A stretch of DNA of 64,000 nucleotides. Origin: Phoronis australis (Eukaryota; Animalia; Phoronida). The position numbers and the translations under genes are program-made. A model generated the notes under the pieces. The model had not been told where the DNA came from and did not search any database. It saw nothing but the letters and a program-made list of their open reading frames with translations. Positions 24,632-38,090 of the stretch are shown piece after piece (the stretch's first letter is position 1; every line of letters starts with the position of its first letter). Where the stretch lies: contig NMRA01000109.1 of assembly GCA_002633005.1 (NCBI GenBank), forward strand, positions 904,624 to 968,623, in the 5' to 3' direction.

Positions 24632-25200
24632 GTAGGTGGTGCTCATTGAAAGACTTACAGTGGACAGTACTACATTGTCACCACTTATGTACGTAATGGA
24701 ATGGCATACCAGTAAATGTGATGCCCAGGAACAATACAACAGGTCATCCATAGTTACCAAATACAACAGATCCTCCATAGTTACCAATTGTAAGTTGGTT
24801 AGTGCCATGAAGAACATGATTTTATGGAAAAAAGATCAAATTCACAAAGAATTCAAAGGTACAATATGCCTTCTTCCATTCATCATTTACAGTTATGAAA
24901 TTGGTCTTAAATTGTTCACTAGTCTAATTGAAGATGACTTCAGGGGTTTGAAAGAACTGACATATGATTATTGCTTGAGATAGGGCTCTACAAGCTGGCT
25001 TGTGACAGTCAATCATTTTACTGACATGAGCGTGGTCTCAAGGAATAACGAACTGTCACTTCCCTATTGACCCAGAAATCACTTCTCGTCTGAACAACTT
25101 GAGATCAATTTTACCGTCCTAAGTGGTAAAAAAGTAGTTGGCTTCTTGGACAGAATGGGGGTTTGTAAATGCTTAAACAATGAATGTTTTACCCACATAG

Positions 25201-25328
25201 GTTGTGGAGGTGCCTCAAGAGGCCAATGATAACTGCCAGTATGTGATGGTGCAGACGCCTAATGGCTATCGGTTTGTGTCTGTGGCCCTACCCCCCAAGG
25301 ATGAAACAGCTGCGCAGGACGGAGTGAG
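25201..25328 (+). CDS. ZNF coding exon 7 (VVEVPQEANDNCQYVMVQTPNGYRFVSVALPPKDE...)
   Basis: catag|GTT; donor is either AG|gtgtgt (25328) or GGA|gtgagg (25323). Confidence 0.72.
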
Positions 25329-26906
25329 GTGTGTTGCTATGGTAACATGTGTCAGCTGTGTGACTACCGTTTGTTTCAAGTTTCTACGGACCTGTTTTCT
25401 TTTAGCCTTACCATTAAAAAACTGTTATGGTATTCTTCCTCACTCACATTAGGTGTGATTTCAAAGGTTGGGAAGCACTAGCAGATGAACATTGGTGGAA
25501 ACACAGTTCAATGGCTGCTTTACAAAACTATGCTAGTTGGGTCAACCAGTACAGACACCTGATAGGTTCACGATGACAATTCCAGCTTACAAGCCAATCA
25601 ACTGCATTTGTTGTGTGACTTTTGTACATGTACAGCAAATATTTTCACATACCTAGAACACAGAAGATTCAGGTTAAATCAGTCGCACTATTTTGCAAAT
25701 TACAATCTTTTTTTGTTTTTAACAACAATATTTTATAAATTGTATAGTTAATTTGTGTGTCACTCGCTTTGATGCAATATTTGAAAAGTTGATGTCATTA
25801 AAAGAACTTTGTTTGGGCCTAAAGTTTTATTATTTTTTTACTCAGTTGGCTTGCGTAAATATTTGTTTTTAAGGAGTCTTTAAACTTGTACCTTCTGTGA
25901 ATTGCTTACTTTTGATTTAGGCTATTTACTGCTCTAAAGTCGATCTCATCTTCTCGCGTACTCAAGTTAAAAATGATTCATAGACTTGATAAGAACTGAC
26001 GTGTTGTCGTTGCTTCAGACCTGGTTCATTATGTTGCAGGTCATGGCAGGTTAGCTTCAGTCTCTGATGCAGTATGACTGTTAACAAAGTTCCAGGCAAT
26101 GATTGTTTTTGTTGTAACGAATTTCAATCTAACAAAATGTAAGATTGCTTTAAAAGAGCAAACAGGTCCATAAGGAAAGTTGATGTTTTTACATCAGAAC
26201 ATGGTTTATGCGGGCATTATTGTTCTAAATTGGAACAGCTTGTGTATTTTTGTGTTTTTCGTACCATTTTCTGTAAAATTGTGTAAAAAGTAAAGGTGTG
26301 GTAGCCATTTTTGACTACAACCATTGCACAGTTGTTTGAAACGGTCTCAAACAGGGACAATGTTTCTTAACTTTTCACTACATTTGTGGACTTGTGCAAA
26401 CCCTGATTGAACTTTCTAATGCTGTTTTGACTTCATTACTGTGCCAGTAGTAGCTTTAACACACACCGAGAGTAAAGCCTACGTCGAATTTCAGTATTAT
26501 TGAAAATAAATAGGGACCTTTTCATGCAAAGACCCCAATTTAAGTTCCGATTTATTTTCATTGAAATGGACTGAGTTTTTGGCTTTATCATTAGAAAATG
26601 GCATTAGTCAAAAAGGAGCTCATAAAAAGATAAAATGACAACAAAACATAACATTTGGGAGTAAACTAAGACGCACATCCATTGAAGATTTAGGGAACTT
26701 AGTTGGGTCCCTCCTTAGGACTGTTTCTTGCACTTACACAAAAGGAATTTAAAAATTCTGATGACTAAACAAATTGATGCATCATTTGGGAATAAAGTTT
26801 GAGACGGTTTGTGTGAACCTTCGTTTTCAATTAAAATGGAGCAAAAAAGATTGTCTAGTGCGATGTACAACAGTGTATGTCTTATTTATATTTCATTTAT
26901 TTGCAG

Positions 26907-27096
26907 CGAAACTGTTATTGAAGAGCCTGCTCAGGCCCTACAGCAGCTGTCTCAAGGTGGCGCCACTATGGAAGAAGCACAGATTCTTCTGCCGCAGATA
27001 GACGATGAACAACACTATGTCTATGTGACAATTCCTGAGGGCGAGTCAATCGAGAACATTGCTGCTGTAGAAACTTTAGTTGCACTGCAGCCTTGA
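26907..27096 (+). CDS. ZNF terminal coding exon (ETVIEEPAQALQQL...ETLVALQP*)
   Basis: ttgcag|C GAA, TGA at 27094-27096; candidate AATAAA at 28418. Confidence 0.78.
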
Positions 27097-28887
27097 CACA
27101 ATGCATTGTGTTTGTGTTCCAGATTGCTTCATTGAATATTTAGAAACGATCTCTCTTGAATGAGTGAGCAACATCTTTTGATTGGCTTTGAGGTCTGGAA
27201 GTGACATTCACCTGAATAATGACCAACATTGAGTGCCTTCAATGCATGAATGCAAATGATATTCACCACAAAGAGCCCTATTTTTGTGACTGACTGCTGT
27301 GAATATAAATGCAAATTTTTTTTGGATTGGCTACAGCAGTTGTAAATGATATTCATAGGAGTCAGTATCCTCTTCCATTAACTAATGCGAATGCAAGTTA
27401 GCTGTTTAAAGCTGTCACCGACCCAAGGACCTCTCATGTTTTATCAGTGAACAGGCTACTTAGTGTACTTGTGCTCAGATCTCTAACCACAAACAGTTTC
27501 TTCTTGACATCACTCTTTTTTCATGAGGACAACTTATTCCTTTTTTTTTCATGCGCTGTAATTCTTGCCATGCAAATTTTGATCAAGAATTTTGTTCTTT
27601 TCACTGTCTGACTGTGGTATGAACAACCATTTGCTCGATATCGTGTACTAAAACTGTCTGTGCAGCACTACTTGGTGCAAAAGAAGTTCCTGATGATGGA
27701 GATAACTGTGTGAGAAAAGAGTTGTTTTCGTAACTCAAGTACACTGTTGGTGTGAACGCCTCTGCCATTAGTGAGGGAGGGAAATGGTTACCTCGTATTA
27801 TGAGAGACTTGTTTTTCTGACCCCAATGTCTTCATCTTATTCCTTGATTTCTGGAAGGAAATTTTTTTTGAGATTTTCAAGGAAAAATTTGAAATGTGGC
27901 TTCATAGGCAATGCTCATTGAATAAGCTCAGTGAAATTATTTCTACTCCTAACGTAGCCAGAGGTGGATTTGATGCATCACTTGTATCAAGTAATGCATC
28001 ATTTGGAGCATTACTCGGCGCATCACTCCGTGAAGCAGTCTGTGCATCACTTTGTGTGCAACAGTCTGTCATCAATTAATGAACTAGTCTGTGCATCAAT
28101 CAATGGATCATTCGTGCATCAATCAATGAATCAGTCTAAAAAAGCAGGGCACTACATTAAGATCTATGATTTTTTCATTCCGCCAACTTCCTGTGGGCTT
28201 TTGTCGCATTTTCTCTGACTTTGTTTCTCTGAGGCGGACCTTTTTGCCCACTTGGCCAAATGGATGCACGCATGGATAACACCCAAAGTTTCGCAGTATA
28301 TGGATGGCCTGGTAGGCCCCTACTTGTGAATTTATTTTCATTTTGTTTTGGCCTACCTGTTTACACATGTGTTGTTAATGGGTTTTGTTGTGGAACTTGT
28401 TGAACCTAAAATTATGGAATAAATTATATTAAGAATTCTCTCCTTTTTACATGAGGCGACTTGTTAATAACCATGAATGTGACATATATATGTATATTAT
28501 CCTTTGGGATTTGAAGGTGTCCACGGTCATGTCAGCACCCAGGTTTTTTTAACTTTGGCCGCATCCCAGCGAACAAGTAGGCGACTTTTCAAAATCGAGA
28601 CGGGCTTATTGACGCGGAATTGAGGTTACATCGGATGAGTGCAAGCAGATTTTCCCTCTATAAATGGCGTGCACCTGATTTTGCAGTTAAATGAGCGGCA
28701 TAACCACGAAATTTAAGGTCAGTATATAAGGTATTTTTCGGAAAAACTTTATTGCAAACTTGCACTTTCCTTATGATATACAAATGCGTACAATCATACT
28801 AAGTTCTGTGTTAGAATGATGACAAAAAAATGTTTCGGCTCATCATTTACAAGACTTAGTGTTCCAAATAAGAATTGACATGGTGTA

Positions 28888-28946
28888 CAGGGGCGGATCC
28901 AGGATTTTATGTTAGGGGGGCATGGCCCCCTCTAAATCCGCCACTG
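28888..28946. mobile_element. 59-bp hAT-like mini-MITE
   Basis: CAGGGGCGGATC...ATCCGCCACTG with 5-bp TSD GTGTA/GTGTA. Confidence 0.65.
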
Positions 28947-29458
28947 GTGTAAGACAAAGTTTGATGCTTTGTTTTATTACTAGTTCACTTCTAAAGGCTC
29001 GGAGAATGGTTTGAAGATCATGGTTTTTACTTTCTTTAACCATGCCAGTGTAGACCAACATCGACATTGCCCTTTATAAATGTTTTATACCGTTGACCTA
29101 TTTTTACCAGCGTCAATGGAGAAAGCACCGGATACGGCGGAGCATTCCACGGGGGGGGGGGGGGGGGTNAGCCCTCCATCAAAACAATGTCAGAATTGTT
29201 TTGACGGGAATGTTAGTTAAAACAGTTAAGCTTACACTTCAAAACTCGCACAAATATATTCGTTTACGATTTCCCTTACGTGTACTGTGAGACATGAACA
29301 ATGTATAGGCCATCAAAAAATCATACGGGGCTTGACAGTGTCATGAGAAGTGCCAATTTCCTGCGAACAACTACCTCTTCAATAATTCTTTTCTAATAAC
29401 GCTCTTCAAAGGAAATACTATCTTTGGAATACTCTGGTAAAATATCGATGTTTTCGAT

Positions 29459-31193
29459 ATTTTCATACCTATAATCAGCCATGTATATTGTAATTCACTA
29501 ATAGTGATTTTTCAAGTTCTTCAAACGTGCGGCTTTTGCGGTCAATGCTATTTGATTTTTCGTTAATACAATCGCATATTAATATTTTCGTTGTTAAGGC
29601 CGCATGGCTGCTGTACTACACATGAACAGTTCATGTGAGTTTCTCGACTAGTTTGAAATTTAACTACACCCCTTCGCGAACAGGGTTGGGGCGCAAGGAG
29701 CAAGAAAGGACACCTGGGAAAGGACACACACTGAGAGCATGAAGGGCGCAGCACTTAAAAAAGTGGGAGCGCTATAGCCCCAGCCCCCTTGTGGTGCACC
29801 GCCCATAGACCAAGGGCGGCGCAGCACTGAAAAAAGTAGGGGTGCTGTAGCCCCACAGCCCCCTATGGTGTGCCGCCAATGTAGAAAGGCAGGAAATGAA
29901 CAACATATTGAGGCTATCACCAGGGCAACTCTCCGTCAGGTACGCAACTGTTCGGAACTGTACAAACTCTTATTAAATTCATCACCGGGATTCTAGCAAT
30001 GTCGTGATTGCTTTTATTGCTATGAATTTTTTGTCGGTGTGACTATACGTCGACTCCACTAAGACAATGAAGAACATCAAACCCATGACAACAGTGCTGC
30101 CGACATGCCTCTATTAGGGCCTACCTACCATGACATTGGCTGTCATAACCCACGTATATTGTAACCTAATTGGACAATAATGAAATATTACTCACAGATT
30201 ACGACACATACCCTGCTCATTGCGGAAACTCTACTCACCCTTGATTCTAAAGCATCCCCTCCCTGAATATCAATAGTATTTCCACCAAGTTACAACTCTG
30301 GCTCTGACTCCCGCCAATTTTCTGTNATTTTCATACCTGTAATCAGCCATGTATATTGTAATTCACTAATAGTGATTTTTCAAGTTCGTCAAACGTGCGG
30401 CTTTTGCGGTCAATGCTATTTGTTTTTTCGTTAATACAATCGCATATTAATATTTTGGTTGTTAAGGCCGCATGGCTGCTGTACTACACATGAACAGTTC
30501 ATGTGAGTTTCTCGACTAGTTTGAAATTTAACTACACCCCTTCGCGAACAGTGTTGGGGCGCAAGGAGCAAGAAAGGACACCTGGGAAAGGACACACACT
30601 GAGAGCATGAACGGCGCAGCACTTAAAAAAGTGGGAGCGCTATAGCCCCAGCCCCCTTGTGGTGCACCGCCCATAGACCAAGGGCGGCGCAGCACTGAAA
30701 AAAGTAGGGGTGCTGTAGCCCCACAGCCCCCTATGGTGTGCCGCCAATGGAGAAAGGCAGGAAATGAACAACATATTGAGGCTATCACCAGGGCAACTCT
30801 CCGTCAGGTACGCAACTGTTCGGAACTGTACAAACTCTTATTAAATTCATCACCGGGATTCTAGCAATGTCGTGATTGCTTTTATTGCTATGAATTTTTT
30901 GTCGGTGTGACTATACGTCGACTCCACTAAGACAATGAAGAACATCAAACCCATGACAACAGTGCTGCCGACATGCCTCTATTAGGGCCTACCTACCATG
31001 ACATTGGCTGTCATAACCCACGTATATTGTAACCTAATTGGACAATAATGAAATATTACTCACAGATTACGACACATACCCTGCTCATTGCGGAAACTCT
31101 ACTCACCCTTGATTCTAAAGCATCCCCTCCTTGAATATCAATAGTATTTCCACTAAGTTACAACTCTGGCTCTGACTCCCGCCAATTTTCTGT
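29459..31193. repeat. Tandem duplication with 868-bp offset (29459-30325 / 30327-31193), probably an assembly/haplotype artefact
   Basis: Near-identical copies joined exactly at a single N (30326). Confidence 0.8.
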
Positions 31194-31285
31194 TCCCTGT
31201 CCACTTTCATTTTGTGCACTGTCACAGAAGACAGTTTCGTTGAAAGAAAGTGACGGGTTGTTCTCAAAATGCACTAAATGAGTAA

Positions 31286-31602
31286 CAGTGGCGGACCTAG
31301 GATACCATAACGGGGATGGGGGACCAACATGTTGCCTCGGGGGAATTGGGCAAAGCGCGGCTGTATGTGCGCAGACGGCCCGAAAGTTGTGAGGGGTGGG
31401 GGCCAGGGATGTGGACCTTTTGTTCAGGAAATCTAATGGTTTGCAGAAAAAAACGATTCCGTCCTAGCACACCCCTCGTCCGCTACGGGTCCTGGTTCCT
31501 CAACTCAATAGTTCCTCACGCTTCACGCTGCTGTTGTTTCATTTTGCTTCCGGTAGCCAAGGGAGAGGGTGGCGCAGCCCCCCCTCCCTAAATCCGCCTA
31601 TG
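31286..31602. mobile_element. hAT-like MITE
   Basis: CAGTGGCGGA...TCCGCCTATG; 5-bp TSD agtaa/ggtaa. Confidence 0.6.
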
Positions 31603-31614
31603 GGTAAAACTTTA

Positions 31615-34600
31615 CAGGCCCGTAGGGGGGGCCGATTCGATCGAACCCCCCGTCGAAAAGGTCCAGCTCGGGCTACGATAAGGAAGTAGCTGAACACCAA
31701 CAAAAATTACTACAGCCACTATTAATTAAAATAATAACAAAACTAGTGATGATTTCGAAGCCTAAATGCTCATCTTATTCAAACCGCTTTGCATAGTGAC
31801 ATCAGACCACAAGAACTTCGCCTGATAGTTCTTGTAGACAACGGGATCTTAGGCCTACAGACGACCAGAGGACGCTTCAAAAGATTGACAGTTTCAAAGA
31901 CACCGACTAACCACAAACGCACGTGCTCTCGTGATGACTACACCATGAGGTAAGAGCGTCATTCTAAATTAGCGAACATGCCTGGCGGTAAACAGCATCG
32001 AGAGAGAGCTCTCAAAAAAGCAGCGAGTGGGTGTCTTAAAATCGACCAATGGGCGAAGAAGCAGAAAACAAGTTTGTCGCATGCATTCGATTGTTGCTAG
32101 TGACAATGTATAGCACGCTTTTTGAAATTCCATATCTAAAGATCGCGGATTCTGTTGCGACTTACAATGTACACTGTACTTGTGGATCGTTTGATTGACA
32201 TGCATAATGATGCACATAATTGCACGCGTTTCCATTCTTTAAAGTCACCTTACGTATCTTCACTATAGCCCCTGCTCCTAAAAACAGACGTTTAATTACC
32301 GTGTTTTTTTACAAAAAACTCAGATATGGACATGGGTGCCTGTTCACAGGCAGGAATAAGTACATGAACGCTTAGGTCCACTAACCAATCTTCAATCAAT
32401 GAAAAAAGCCTGGTGTTGACAGCAAATCAGTGGCAATGGTACACCACCTCACAGAGTTCCATGCGTCCGAGCAACAGATTTGATAGAAGAGGTTTCCAAC
32501 GCTTTAAGCAAATTAAGTGACGTGCAAAAATACAATCTTATCAAAAATCACGACAAACCATCTCCCGACAACATTTTTCCAACAGAGTATGCACGCTTGG
32601 TTTAAAGAGTTTGGGAATTCATTGGTGTATAGCTCAAAAATTGATGGTGCGTTCTGCGTTTCTTGTGCTTTATTTTCGAAAGGTGACGTAAAAAGGCAAC
32701 CAACCAAGTTAGTGAACAGGCCATTCACGCAATGGCATCATGAAACGAAAGTACTGTCTGAGCATTTCAAAAAAAGATATCACATGGAGGCATTAGATGA
32801 TGCTAATACATTTGTTAGCATGATGGAAAATCCGCAGAAAGGTGTTGACGCTGTCTTAGACAGTAAGGTCAAAGAACAAACTAGAAAGATTATTGTCACG
32901 GCTTGACAATAATGGACTCTGCGCGTGCGTATTAAAGGAATTGTTATGGGAAGTTACTGACAGCTACCTGGTTACCAATATGAAAAGGAATTCTTTAAAA
33001 TTGTAGGAGAAATTACATGTTAATATTTTGATGACCTTTCCACTTACTGACCTCTTCCGGTGCATTATGAACCCCGATGNTGTGTATACGATTTGTAGAC
33101 GCCGATGACAACATTCGAGAGGAGTTGCAGGAAATCTGTAGTCTTGCGCGGTTAACCGGCAAACACGTAGCGGAATGCATAATGGGCACCTTAGATAGGC
33201 TCGGGATCGACATTGCCAACTGCAGAGGCCAGGGATATGATGGCGCAGCAAATATGAGTAGTGACAACGTTGACGTCCAGGCAATCCAGCGTGAACACTC
33301 TCCTTTAGCCTTATACACACATTGCTTCGGTCATTGTCTAAACTTAGTGATAGCCTGTTCATGTTCGATACAGGAAATCAGAAACACTTTGGATAAAGTA
33401 AAATGCGTTGTTTATTTTTTATGAGCAGTCCAAAGAGAGAACACCTCCTGAATGAAGTACATAAAAAGAAAGACCCCGAATCGCTAAAAACGCCCCTCAT
33501 TGAGGTTTGCCGCAATCGCTGGTCGGCACGTCACGATGCTTACTCGAGGTTTTTTCAGTCGTACGGGTGTATTGTAATTTCGCTAGAAGTTATAGCATAT
33601 GACCAACACAAGCACGAGTACAGCACCGCCGTGACATCGGGCTGGACAGGGAAGTACAAATCCGAAGCAAGTGGGTTGCTAGCTGGTATCACTTCCTTTG
33701 ATTTTATAGTGACATTCTGCATAGTATATAACTTACTTTCTCATCTAGAAGGCATTACAATCAAATTGCAGATTACAACAGTTGATATTGTACAAGCTTA
33801 CGGAATGGTGAATGAGATTCAAAACCTGTACCAGGAACTTCGCGAGACTGTGGACATTTACCACCAAGCCGTTGTCATGGCTCGAGATGTTGGTGTGGAA
33901 CCCAGCATGCCGCGACAAGCTCTTCGCCAAACACATCGAGCAAATCCACCAAATTCCAGTGTCAAGCAGTACAGTGATGATTACCGTTTCTGGATCACAT
34001 TGCATCCGAATTTAGGGCCCTTTTTTCTCGAACAACCGTTACGGCATCCTCACTTCTAGGATTGATTCCGTCTCATCTCGGGGAAATTGAACCGGAAGTC
34101 ATAAACATGTATAAAGCAGATCTGCCGTCACCCGAGTTACTTCAACAGCAAATGATGCGATGGAGGCACAAGTAGAAATCCCAGCAGAATGCGCCCTCGA
34201 CATGTGCCCAGCCTATTAAAGACTGTGACCAAATTTTGTATCCGAACGTCTATGTACTGCTAAAAATTTTGGCTACACTACCGGTGACGTGAATGCGAGA
34301 GATCCGCTAGCTCATTACGCAGACTCAACACGTTCATGCGAGCAAGTATGAGTGGTGACAGAATGTCATCCCTGGCGCTGATGCATGTTCATTACAACAA
34401 AGAGATAGAAATTGACAGAGTTGTCCAGCGTTTTGAGCAAATAAATCCCAGGAAGGTGAAATTTGGTAGCGTACTAACCTGATGTGTATCTTCTCGCTTC
34501 GATGAGCGTACTTAAAGTGGAACTTACATATATATTGAATTAAGTGTATTAAGCTTTTGTTCAACTATTAATGTTCTTGACAATAAAGCTTTGAAAACTT

Positions 34601-34749
34601 ATTGCGTCGCCCATTGTCAGCTTCTGAAGTGCTCTAACCAGAAAGGTAGAGAGGGTCGACGCTACTTCTAGCGAAATGCCATCAAAGGAAAGGTCCAACC
34701 TTTTAGAAATTCCACCCCCGCCCCTCGTATAATCCTGACTACGGGCCTG
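31615..34749 (+). mobile_element. Decayed, formerly autonomous hAT transposon (THAP12/ZMYM1-like transposase type)
   Basis: TIR CAGGCCCGTAG/CTACGGGCCTG. TTF-type Zn finger LVYSSKIDGAFCVSCALF, CRGQGYDGAANMS, YTHCFGHCLNL, RWSAR, and dimerization motif LYPNVYVLLKILATLPVT..ERS..LRR. Frameshifts, stops and an N at 33080. Confidence 0.88.
32500..34470 (+). pseudogene. hAT transposase pseudogene fragments
   Basis: ORFs 32517-32906, 33077-33424 and 33403-34059 plus a C-terminal piece at ~34090-34470, in different frames. Confidence 0.85.
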
Positions 34750-36850
34750 CCTTATGAGAAAATGTGGTTAGCTGCGTTAATGATTCAGTGCCACCCGTAT
34801 ATTTGGACTTATAGCCAAGCAGCATGAAAACTGTTTGTGTCAGCTGTTTTGTACCACGGCCACGCAAAAGTACACGTACTAATCTGGATCAAAAATACAA
34901 TTGCGTGCAAACGTGTTTAAACTTCAAACAAATGAAGTAGACCGTTCCAGAGATCCAGGTGATATTAGGCAGGTCATATTGACCGAGGGCAATGTTACCC
35001 CGAAAGCAGAATTGCTGTCACGAAATCCTTACGACCTGATATGAACCATTGGGATAGTATCGTCTGCTCTAAAGACAGCCTTGAATAGGTGCCTACGTTC
35101 TGTTCGCTTTGTACTAGCCAGGGTTTATGTATGCAGCGCCGAATGTTCAGATCACGATAACAACAGCTGGCGTCCGGACGGCATGAACGAAAATACACAC
35201 TTCCTTCCCACTGGTGCGTGTAACACGCCAGCATTGCCTATTGATTATGTATGGGGCTTCTCATTTCCGTATAGATGGCGCTATCAGTGACAAAGTGTAG
35301 AACGAGATCTATTGCCTTCGTAGGCCTAGTCCAACTCCAGAGCATTACCTTATCAGTAGATTCGGTCACATTACCTCCACACCAGAACGATTTTTCAGAC
35401 GAATAAAGCCGGGGAAAATTATGACATTATCTTGTATTATCGGGCACCGAGAGCAATCTAAAGCGATAATTTCTGTTTTTGATAATCATTTCTGCTTGTT
35501 TTTTTGCAAATTGTCTGTTTGCGGAACTATTTTGAACGAACTCACGCTCAAATGTTATTTTCACATATGTGTAACGAGGCGACTGGTGGATGAGACAGTC
35601 TCGTCACCTGGTGACTGCACTGGCAGCCGCTTTGTAAATGCAACTGCACCGTGTTTAACCAATCAGGGGACAGAAGTGCAGCATGTAAGCTACACGCTGG
35701 CCATAATGCAGTCACCAGAAACTCCTAACAATGTCAAATCGCAGTGTCGAATCTACGGGGGTTCTGAGATTTAAACACCTTAGGCCAGGACGAGCCAAAA
35801 AACCACCGACGTTGGTAGTCACGCATCAGCTATAGGGGGATCCACCCCACACCGACAAAATCATAATAGATCCGCCAATGAGTCGCACAGCCGCTATGAT
35901 TCAGAATCTGGAAAAATCGTGTCAGAAGCAACAATTACCCAGTCGTGTGTCAAATAAAATAATAATCAATCACGAGTCTCAGCTTGCGCGCGTTGGTTAT
36001 TCTTCAAGTTGTGCTGGTACGCCGAAATTCTACGTCTATCATTGTAACACGTACTGCAACGAGACTCGGGTGAGCTCGGTCATTCAAGGATCCAGTCAGA
36101 CCATCCGCTCTTTCATTCATCACCAGTCTCTGACGTCAGAGTACGTGCGGTGAGCACTGTCGGATTCAAGTTATTATTAAAAGTAATCTCACTGTGTAAA
36201 TATCGCAGGATCGATATGACAAAATTGGTTATTTCCTAAAACCACTCAAGATTACGAATTACCGTTCTCGGTATAGAGCTCTTTAAACATTGACCATGCG
36301 CGCACATTGCCGTAAAAATGAGGGTTTGAATTTTTGAGAATGTGGACCTTTTACTAAGATTCAGGGATTACTTTCAGAGCTATGAATTGTACATTCGCCG
36401 AATTTTGGTAGTTCCTGCCTTTTTAGCGCACTTTTACTCCGTTTTCTTTTTTTTTCGGACTTTTTGTTTCTCTGAGGTGGACCTTTTGCCGGCACTTCGC
36501 CATGCGCGCATGTTGACTAAATACTCTTCCTGTAGATAGTAAACATAAATGAGCGTAAATGATTTTGAGGTTACAGAATCGTCTGTTTACCGCGCCCAAA
36601 GGAAACCCGATAACTCAGTAGTGAACTCGTTCATCGTCGAAGATAGGCGTAAGCAGAAAACTCTCGTCTGTGAAGACAATTTAAGCGTTACCAGCCAAAT
36701 TTCAGGACCGATAACCAAATCTTCGTTATACGTCGGGGTTCGTATTCTTTCTGTTGTTTTAGCTATGAATTCATTGTAAGTTAATATTTGCGCGTATTTT
36801 GACCCTTGCACCTGTAACTGAAACAATAACTTTTTTTCTAAGAAAATTAA

Positions 36851-36852
<2 letters not shown>

Positions 36853-36905
<53 letters not shown>
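36853..36905. repeat. (AG)n microsatellite
   Basis: Seen directly. Confidence 0.98.
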
Positions 36906-36906
<1 letters not shown>

Positions 36907-37012
36907 GAATACTCGTCAACGCTTCCAGTTTTGTAAAGCACAAACTAAAGGTGTTCAAGGGTCATTTCGCCATTATTTAGCTGTTCAGGTTGGATCATCA
37001 ATCGAACCCCAC

Positions 37013-38090
37013 TGATATGCCGTGAAATGTAACAATTTCGTTACAATCTTGTTACATTTTACGTTGAATGCACATGCGAGAAATGCACCATTGTTACATT
37101 TTACGAAGCCAACGTCATATTACAAGGAAAATGACCTCAAATCACGAAGGAGTAGTATCTGGCTCGGCCGGGGCTACAGGAGTATTTTTGACGACAACAA
37201 CAAAATTGTTTGATGTTTTGTTACCAACACTATTTCAGACAGGTTTGACATAGGAACAATGATATTTTTAAGCTGTTTAAAACACTTTACTTTGCTCACT
37301 CTTGTCAAAGGCGATCTTTCGCTGTTGCACTGGCAAAATGTATCAACCTGCTCGCAAATAAATTCGTGCTTTTACTTCCTTCCACCACAATGTGAACTAA
37401 AATAGATGTTTTTTCTATCAAATTAGCTTCCGAAATTGAATTCTTCGAGAAAATTTTTTTGTTATGGTCATTTGTTCCGGAAGAAATACGATAAATATTA
37501 GCAAAATACGATGTCACTGTTTGTATTTTGCTTACCAAGGCAAGTTTATGTACTGTAATGCCGGATACACAATTGGTTTATGACACGTGATCGCCAAGAA
37601 AGGATTGCAAGAAAACAATAAAAAAATATTTCCTGATCCTGGAAACTCTTTTCGTCTGGAGTTGAAACTGTACGGAGTACATTTTTGATCATACCAAGAA
37701 ACATTGTAACAAAAAACAATGGAAAGCACATAGGGACACATCTATAAATTCGAGGTACCACATTTGACACAATTTCATTCAAACAAACCGAGAAAGAAGA
37801 CAATAAGTGTGTGAACCGCTACCCTCCGTGTGACAAATACCATGCAAACTTATGAAATATGACGTCGCTTTCGTAAAATGTAAGAATGGTACATTTCTTG
37901 CATGTGCATTCGACGTAAATTGTAACAATTACATAAAATGTAACAACTTGTTACATTTTAGGAGAGGCCTAGCAACGTAAAATATAACAGTTACATTTTA
38001 CGTCATTGTTATATTTTGCGTTGCCAGGCCTCTCCTAAAATGTAACAAGTTTTAACATTTTACGAAATTGTTACATTTTACGCCGTATCA
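37013..38090. mobile_element. Unclassified non-autonomous DNA transposon with TG...CA ends and 6-bp TSD
   Basis: TIR TGATATGCCGTGAAATGTAACAATTTCGT / ACGAAATTGTTACATTTTTACGCCGTATCA; many AAATGTAACAA subterminal motifs; TSD ccccac/ccgcac. Confidence 0.7.

Noticed and set aside
16674-27096. ZNF gene as CTCF or another named ortholog
   Set aside because: It has 13 fingers and lacks recognisable CTCF finger sequences; no gene symbol can be supported.
29459-31193. 868-bp tandem duplication with duplicated small ORFs as a real segmental duplication
   Set aside because: The copies abut exactly at an N and differ only by scattered SNPs, which is typical of two haplotypes joined at a contig junction. 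Read depth would settle it.
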